From assembly GCA_030149205.1 (NCBI GenBank), contig JASBSB010000006.1, positions 630,001-662,000 of the forward strand: a stretch of DNA of 32,000 nucleotides, given 5' to 3'. The translations under genes were made by a program, and so were the position numbers. The notes beneath the pieces are model-generated. The model ran no database searches. It was not told the DNA's origin and saw only the letters and a list, made by a program, of their open reading frames with translations. Shown here one piece after another: positions 26,116 through 32,000 of this stretch. Every line of letters starts with the position of its first letter. Position 1 is the first letter of the stretch. This DNA is from Candidatus Heimdallarchaeota archaeon. GTDB taxonomy: Archaea; Asgardarchaeota; Heimdallarchaeia; Heimdallarchaeales; Kariarchaeaceae.

Positions 26116-27582
26116 TTAAACGCTATTCAAAAACTTTGGAGGTGTTCTGTGTAAAGTTTGTTGCTCATAGGCATAAGCAACTTTAATTAACTTGTAATCA
26201 GTAAACGGCAACCCTAGAAAACTGACCCCCGTGGGTAGCCCCTGTATATAGCCAGCTGGGACGGTGATAGAAGGAAAACCAGAGACAGCCGCATAAAAGG
26301 TTGAAGAACCCCCAGAGCAATCACCGTTGACATAATCAATTAACCATGCTGGATTTCCAGATGGAAAAATAATTGCATCCAATGAGTTGGTTTCAAAAGT
26401 ATCAGATATGTTGCTTCGTAACTCATCGTAGCGAATCATTGCTTCTTTGTACGACTCTGATTCAAATCCTTGGCTTTCTAACGCCATAGAAAAAAATTCT
26501 TGTCCAAAATAAGGCATAACCAATTCCTGGTTCCTTTCATTAAATTTGATTAAGGATTGGATACTATTTACACCAGTGGGAACCTCTACATGTTCAAGGT
26601 ATTTTTTTAGATCCTCTTTGTAATCAGTGACAAGAACCTCTAATTCGTTCAAGGAACCTTCTGGAAGCTGTATTTCGACAGGATCAATTAAGACCCCTCC
26701 AGCTTTTTCAATGTCTGTTAATGCTTGTCCCATAAGTTTATCGACTTTGGGAGCACCTCCAAATGATGATCGTAATACTCCTAACCTTTTGTCTCGTAAA
26801 CCTTCAGTAGAGAGTTCATCAAGAAAATCTGAGGAAGAAAATTTATTATGCTGAGTCACTGGGTCAGACTCATCATTCCCGGATATCGCGTGAAGAAGTA
26901 TTCCCGCATCTTTTACCGTTCTTGCCATTGGGCCTGCTGTGTCCTGTGTATGTGAGATGGGGATGATACCAGATCTGCTTACTAAACCCATTGTTGGTTT
27001 GACACCCACTATTCCATTGATCTGGGAAGGACAGATAATTGAACCATCAGTTTCTGTACCTACAGCTACCGTGCAAAGGTTAGCTGCAACAGCAACAGCT
27101 GACCCAGAACTTGAACCACAGGGAGTTCTATCTAAAGCATAGGGATTTCGGGTTTGACCTCCGCGTGATGACCAGCCACTGATAGATTTTTGTCCCCTTA
27201 AATTTGCCCACTCACTTAAGTTGGCCTTGGCAAGAATTACTGCACCAGCTTCCCGTAATTTCTTCACAATGAAAGCATCTTGCTTAGGATAATGACCCAC
27301 CAAAGCCAGAGAGCCAGCAGTAGTCATCATTTGATCTCTGGTATCAATGTTATCCTTAAGTACCAAAGGTATACCATGAAGCAAGCCCCTCTTCTTACCA
27401 GCCTTTCTTTCTTCATCTAGAGCCTTAGCTATTGACACAGCATCTGGATTAACTTCTAAAATTGCGTTAGTCATTTTATCTATTTTTTGGATCTGCTCTA
27501 AGTAGAGTTTGACGAGTTTTTCAGAAGACAGTTCACCAGAATCCATCAACACTTGAAGTTCTGATATTGTGTACTCTTTCAT
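26116..27582 (-). CDS. Amidase signature family enzyme (peptide-amidase-like)
   Basis: LHGIPLVLKDNI (Lys), TPCGSSSGSAVAVAA, GTETDGSIICP (Ser-cisSer-Lys triad), VKPTMGLVSRSGIIP. Confidence 0.95.
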   Translation of the reverse strand: MKEYTISELQVLMDSGELSSEKLVKLYLEQIQKIDKMTNAILEVNPDAVSIAKALDEERKAGKKRGLLHGIPLVLKDNIDTRDQMMTTAGSLALVGHYPKQDAFIVKKLREAGAVILAKANLSEWANLRGQKSISGWSSRGGQTRNPYALDRTPCGSSSGSAVAVAANLCTVAVGTETDGSIICPSQINGIVGVKPTMGLVSRSGIIPISHTQDTAGPMARTVKDAGILLHAISGNDESDPVTQHNKFSSSDFLDELSTEGLRDKRLGVLRSSFGGAPKVDKLMGQALTDIEKAGGVLIDPVEIQLPEGSLNELEVLVTDYKEDLKKYLEHVEVPTGVNSIQSLIKFNERNQELVMPYFGQEFFSMALESQGFESESYKEAMIRYDELRSNISDTFETNSLDAIIFPSGNPAWLIDYVNGDCSGGSSTFYAAVSGFPSITVPAGYIQGLPTGVSFLGLPFTDYKLIKVAYAYEQQTLHRTPPKFLNSV

Positions 27583-27786
27583 TGAAAATTGATAAAAAGA
27601 CAGTTTAAAAATTTTTGTGAAACACTATTTCAAGATAGCAAGAAAAGATATTTGGCGAATTTATGAAGTTGAATTAAGATTTTATGATGGTTAAATTACC
27701 GGCTTTAACAAATACCAAAAATATAACCATGAATTGTTATTAGGGGATTTATAGATTATTATTAAAGGAACAAATAAATGAAATTT

Positions 27787-29109
27787 CTAAAGCTTTTCAT
27801 ATACCTCTTTTAAGAGACTATATGCTTCTTCCCTGGTCTCTCCCCAAACTATTAACCCATCCTGATGACCAAGGAGACAGACAGGTTTGGTGAGTTTAGG
27901 ACTATCAGTGTACACTTTTTGTATGGCTCTAGCCATTTCTGGTGTCCCATAAGGAACCTCCTTGGGAGTTGTCAACATGTTAAACTCGGAGTACCTGTCC
28001 CACATATCCTCATAGTGAACATGTATTACACAGTTTACCTCTGGAGCAACATCATAGATTGCCGCATGAGTCATTGATTCAGAGGAGGGTTTTAATGGAC
28101 CCTTAGAAATAACACGATTATTCGCTACATCAAAATCCATTACCAGACAGTAGTCTTCAAAATTGGTTTTATCAAGGTGTCCCGTTTGAGTGCCAGAGAC
28201 AAAAAACTGTCCATCATCAGTGTAACGCTCACTTATGTTGCCAAACCCTATATTAGGCGTTCTGGAATGATCGGCTGGATAAACCCCAATCAGGTTCATT
28301 TTATGTAGTTTATCTCTAAGCTTTATCATCTCATCAAGGTATCCCGGTGAAATTTTTAAATTCTTTTTGTGATACTGCAACTCATACTTAATTACTCCAT
28401 CCAGAGGTTCTGAATTGAACTCTTTTAAAACTTCAAAAATTTCTGAAAACTGTGTTATACTATGCTTTGCAGAATGTTCTTTATTTCCTTCTATTTCAAC
28501 TAATATACCTTCCATTCCAAGAAACTCTGTCACCTCAATATCATGCTCCCAACTGTCTCCCACCATTATCGCTTCGAATGGTTTAACATCTAGTCTGTCT
28601 AGGGCATGAAGATAAATATGGGGATGAGGTTTCTCTTTGCCTGCCTCCTCACTGGTGATGACCACTTCAAAGAAATTGTCCAAATTCAATCTATGGAGTT
28701 TTCTAAATTGTATTTCTGATGACATATTTGTTATTATCCCAAGTTTATAGTAAGAATCTTTTAACTGTTGTAACGTTTCAACGACCCCATCAAATGGTTT
28801 AATGCTCCTGAGAAAAGCATCCCAATACCTTTGTGTCAATTCAGCTATATGAAAAGGCTTTGAGGATTTATAATATTCCTCTACCATGGCTTGAAAGTAT
28901 AACACTCTTGAATGACTTCCAGAGGTTCCCTCTAAGAATCTTTTTACCCTTTGTCTTCCATTTTTATATCGGCGAATAAAGTCAGGATAAGACTCATTGG
29001 TTAAAACCTGCCAATAATCATATGCCCCTCTCAGTCCCTCCTCGTGTGAGGTGCTATAGGAATATAATGTACCATCCAAATCAAAAAAGATGGTTGTGAT
29101 TTTATGCAT
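27787..29109 (-). CDS. HAD-IA phosphatase fused to class II aldolase/adducin-family domain
   Basis: N-terminal FFDLDGTLY, GIITN, GKEKPHP, VGDSWEHD; C-terminal DGVIKY, GFGNISER, PSSESMTHAAIY, VIHVH, GHQDG. Confidence 0.9.
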   Translation of the reverse strand: MHKITTIFFDLDGTLYSYSTSHEEGLRGAYDYWQVLTNESYPDFIRRYKNGRQRVKRFLEGTSGSHSRVLYFQAMVEEYYKSSKPFHIAELTQRYWDAFLRSIKPFDGVVETLQQLKDSYYKLGIITNMSSEIQFRKLHRLNLDNFFEVVITSEEAGKEKPHPHIYLHALDRLDVKPFEAIMVGDSWEHDIEVTEFLGMEGILVEIEGNKEHSAKHSITQFSEIFEVLKEFNSEPLDGVIKYELQYHKKNLKISPGYLDEMIKLRDKLHKMNLIGVYPADHSRTPNIGFGNISERYTDDGQFFVSGTQTGHLDKTNFEDYCLVMDFDVANNRVISKGPLKPSSESMTHAAIYDVAPEVNCVIHVHYEDMWDRYSEFNMLTTPKEVPYGTPEMARAIQKVYTDSPKLTKPVCLLGHQDGLIVWGETREEAYSLLKEVYEKL

Positions 29110-29219
29110 ATTAACAGTTTAGAAAGCAAGTTCTATAAAGTTTAAATTAGGGATTATTCATAATTTAGAAAAATTTGACATTTGAATACCAAATTTAAAG
29201 CAAATTAAATCAGATGAAA

Positions 29220-29924
29220 CTAAATTCCAAGGTAGGCCTCTCTTATGTGTTTGTTTCCTTCAAGCTCCTTTGCATTGCCACTGAGTGCAATCCTCCCTTG
29301 CTCTATCACATAACCTTTATCAATTATCTCTAATACCCTATGAACGTGCTGTTCAGAGATTAATATTGTGACTCCCTCCTCATTGATTCGTTTAAATGCG
29401 TTAAAAATATCATCAACTATGATTGGGGCTAAACCCAAGGATGGTTCATCCAATATTAGAAGACTGGGGTCGGACATAAGCCCTCTCCCGATTGCTAACA
29501 TTTGTTGCTGTCCACCACTTAAGGTTCTAGCCTGCTGATTAAGTCTTTCTTCAAGTATTGGAAACAGTGTTAGCACACGATTCAGTGATTCTTTTCTCTT
29601 AGATTTTGCTCTTTTCTGGTAAGAACCTAGCAAGAGATTGTCCTTCACAGACATGTCCGGAAACAGCTTTCTACCCTCTGGAACTAACGAAATGCCTAAT
29701 TCTACCCTTTTTGCAGGATTCAGGTTTGTGACTTCAACCTCATTATACAATATTGATCCCTCAAATGGTGAAACCAACCCTGCGATTGATGCAAAGGTAC
29801 TGGTTTTTCCAGCTCCATTTGGCCCAAGCAGACCAACAACAGAGCCCTTAGGGATTTCTAAATCTAATCCCCAGATCACTTGTATTTTTCCATATTTAAC
29901 CTGTAGATTGCTAATTTTCAACAT
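29220..29924 (-). CDS. livF: Branched-chain amino acid ABC transporter ATPase
   Basis: GPNGAGKT, VPEGRKLFPDMSV, LSGGQQQMLAIGR, LILDEPSLGLAP. Start moved to ATG 29924 (MLKISNL), which has GGAGGT upstream. Confidence 0.93.
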   Translation of the reverse strand: MLKISNLQVKYGKIQVIWGLDLEIPKGSVVGLLGPNGAGKTSTFASIAGLVSPFEGSILYNEVEVTNLNPAKRVELGISLVPEGRKLFPDMSVKDNLLLGSYQKRAKSKRKESLNRVLTLFPILEERLNQQARTLSGGQQQMLAIGRGLMSDPSLLILDEPSLGLAPIIVDDIFNAFKRINEEGVTILISEQHVHRVLEIIDKGYVIEQGRIALSGNAKELEGNKHIREAYLGI

Positions 29925-31944
29925 ATTTTGATACCTCCGAGGCTGTTGATCCCAGATATGCATTGATCACAGCTGCATTCTTAGAAATCTCCTTGGGACT
30001 CCCGTCTGCAATGAGTTTTCCAAGATCCAAAACTGCGATTCTGTCAGATATACTCATTACGGCCTTCATTACGTGTTCAACAAAGACTATTGTTTTCCCT
30101 CGCTCGTTTCGAATCCTTCGAATTATATTCATAAGCTCCTCGGTTTCAGAGGGATTGAGACCTGCAATAATTTCATCAAGAAGAATCACATCGGGATCAG
30201 CTGCTAAAACTCTAGCGAGCTCTAGTTTCTTCTGCTCGTTTATCACCAGATTTGAAACTTTTTGATGGGCTAATTGTTCTAGACCTATGAATTCTAATGC
30301 TTCAACTGAAATAGATAACCCATCTGTATAACTAACACTCTCTCTTCGACCGTTAAATGCACTTGCAAGTACATTTTCCATTACAGTCAAGTTGGGAAAC
30401 ACGTGAACTAACTGAAAAGTCCGGGCGATTCCCAATTTTATTGACTTATGAAATGGGATACCTGTTATAACCTTCTGATTAAGCAGAACTGTTCCTGAGG
30501 TAGGTTTGTAGTACCCCGAAATAATGTTAAACAACGTTGTCTTTCCAGCACCATTTGGACCAATCAACCCCAGTAATTCATTTTTGTAGACATTAAGAGT
30601 CACATCATCAACTGCATTAATTCCACCGAATTGTTTGTGGATGTTTAGAACTTCTAGAATTAAAGGTGGTTCTTTACCTGGTTTATTTATACCAATGGTT
30701 GGTTCTTTACCTGCTTTATTTATATCAATGGTTTCAGATTTCGCAATCTCAGTTTCTTTCCAAGAAGGATACAGTTGTCGTTTGTTACCAATCTTTACAG
30801 AGTCTTTATCAATAATGGACTCTTCTGCTACCCAACCCTTATCATGAAAGTAACCCATAATTCCTTTGGGAAGATATAGAATTGCCAAAATAAATATTAA
30901 GCCATAAATAATTATATAACCAGAGCTGAAATCTAACTTGAGACCAAAAAGACTGATAGAGACCCCTGCTAACATCTGAGTCAATAAGACATCAAGGGGA
31001 GAAAGTAATATTGCTCCTATAACAGGTCCAAAGACACTTGCTCCTCCACCAATGAAGGTGATAATTATCATTTGTACTGTCAAGGCAGTTGGGAATGTTT
31101 GATCTGGAGTGACCACAAATAAAATTGTGATATTAAACGCCCCAACAATCCCGGCTATAAAGGCAGAAATAATAAATGCAGTTAATTTGGTGTATAATAC
31201 ATTGATACCAATTGACGAGGCTCCTTCAGGACTCTCTTTTATGGCCCTAAGACTTAACCCCAACCTACTGTATGATACATAATGGGTGATAATGAAGGCT
31301 AATATTGAAGCTACAAGCATAAGATAATAACCAGCAATATAAATATCTCCAAATTCACTCAAGATTTTTCCTGTTGATATACCCTGACCTCCTCCAGTAA
31401 AGTCTGAGAAGTAGGAAATCACCTGTTGAGTGATTGTGGCGATAGCAAGCATTGCAACTGCAAAGTATGCCCCTCTAAGTCTCAAGATGGGAAAACCAAT
31501 AATCAACCCATAAAGGGCTGCAATGACACCTCCCATTAAGAAGGCTAACCATAAATTTAAACCATAATTCACATAGGTGATGGCAGCAGCATAACCTCCA
31601 ATCCCAAAGAAGACAACATGCCCGAAATCCACCTCTCCTCCATAACCCCCAATTATATTGTAACTCTCTCCCAGTGCAATAAAGAAGAAGATAAATCTAA
31701 ATGTCTGTAATAATCCACCGGTGTTCGGTAGAAGAGGGAGAGCAACTGAAATAACAACAAAAAACACTCCAATCAAACCAAGGGGGGATGCTAATAACTC
31801 TATCATTTTTTTGGTGCCCATACCAAAGATGAGTTCATTAAAAAAGCTGTAAAGAGGATTTGATCCTTTATACTGCCACTTTTGTTCAGAAGGCTGCTCA
31901 GTTTCAGTTGGTATATTTTTATCACTTGTCGACATAATTAGCAT
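29911..31944 (-). CDS. Fused LivM permease + LivG ATPase
   Basis: N-terminal GYGGEVDFGHVVFFGIGGY, LRLRGAYFAVAML, AIKESPEGASSIGIN; C-terminal GPNGAGKTT, GIARTFQ, LLDEIIAG, VEHVMKAVM. Confidence 0.92.
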   Translation of the reverse strand: MLIMSTSDKNIPTETEQPSEQKWQYKGSNPLYSFFNELIFGMGTKKMIELLASPLGLIGVFFVVISVALPLLPNTGGLLQTFRFIFFFIALGESYNIIGGYGGEVDFGHVVFFGIGGYAAAITYVNYGLNLWLAFLMGGVIAALYGLIIGFPILRLRGAYFAVAMLAIATITQQVISYFSDFTGGGQGISTGKILSEFGDIYIAGYYLMLVASILAFIITHYVSYSRLGLSLRAIKESPEGASSIGINVLYTKLTAFIISAFIAGIVGAFNITILFVVTPDQTFPTALTVQMIIITFIGGGASVFGPVIGAILLSPLDVLLTQMLAGVSISLFGLKLDFSSGYIIIYGLIFILAILYLPKGIMGYFHDKGWVAEESIIDKDSVKIGNKRQLYPSWKETEIAKSETIDINKAGKEPTIGINKPGKEPPLILEVLNIHKQFGGINAVDDVTLNVYKNELLGLIGPNGAGKTTLFNIISGYYKPTSGTVLLNQKVITGIPFHKSIKLGIARTFQLVHVFPNLTVMENVLASAFNGRRESVSYTDGLSISVEALEFIGLEQLAHQKVSNLVINEQKKLELARVLAADPDVILLDEIIAGLNPSETEELMNIIRRIRNERGKTIVFVEHVMKAVMSISDRIAVLDLGKLIADGSPKEISKNAAVINAYLGSTASEVSKYVEN
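30668..30733. repeat. 33-bp in-frame tandem duplication in the LivM-LivG linker
   Basis: GGTTCTTTACCTGGTTTATTTATACCAATGGTT followed by GGTTCTTTACCTGCTTTATTTATATCAATGGTT (31 of 33 identical). Confidence 0.9.
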
Positions 31945-32000
31945 CTACTCCAATAATTTCCCAAAGAGTCCTGTTGGTTTGAATAGGATAAATAAGATCA
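31945..32000 (-). CDS. livH: C-terminus of branched-chain amino acid permease LivH (partial)
   Basis: Minus-strand frame ILFILFKPTGLFGKLLE* ends in TAG directly before the ATG of the livM-livG fusion; the (R/K)PxGLFG end is typical of LivH. Confidence 0.8.
   Translation of the reverse strand, partial: ILFILFKPTGLFGKLLE

Noticed and set aside
29925-29963. ORF-track start MHIWDQQP... for livF
   Set aside because: Overlaps livM-livG coding sequence; ATG 29924 has a GGAGGT SD and gives the normal length.
6815-30847. Short antisense or nested ORFs in the track (e.g. 6815, 8099, 9967, 11049, 13303, 14108, 17359, 17983, 20975, 22259, 26627, 27865, 29638, 29963, 30635)
   Set aside because: All overlap well-supported genes on the opposite strand and lack motifs.
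1-32000. CRISPR arrays, transposases, integrases, phage genes
   Set aside because: No regularly spaced repeats or mobile-element motifs seen; the tRNA 3' end is not duplicated elsewhere in the window as an att site, as far as could be seen by eye.

Overview
Low-GC archaeal chromosomal window, most consistent with an Asgard archaeon (possibly Heimdallarchaeia-like; inference from the divergent archaeal 16S, TPR+longin-like protein, LRR protein, Nip7 and Taw2 homologues). It holds a complete stand-alone 16S rRNA gene on the minus strand (~352-1803), with a TATA promoter, a canonical bulge-helix-bulge processing stem, a hairpin/U-run terminator and compensatory base-pair flips at normally near-invariant positions. 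It also holds tRNA-Val(CAC) abutting a Taw2/Trm5-family tRNA-modification gene with no spacer, and about 25 protein genes: SDR (partial), TPR proteins, UbiA prenyltransferase, LRR protein, secreted alpha/beta hydrolase, MFS, GltD/SudA-like flavoprotein, PPOX F420-type oxidoreductase, Nip7-like, long HtpX, a TetR / GAP-family / rifampicin-phosphotransferase-like module with visible operators, GH31 glucosidase, amidase, a HAD + class II aldolase fusion and the end of a liv ABC operon. No CRISPR array, transposase, integrase or rRNA intron was seen. All family assignments come from motif recognition by eye; no searches were run.
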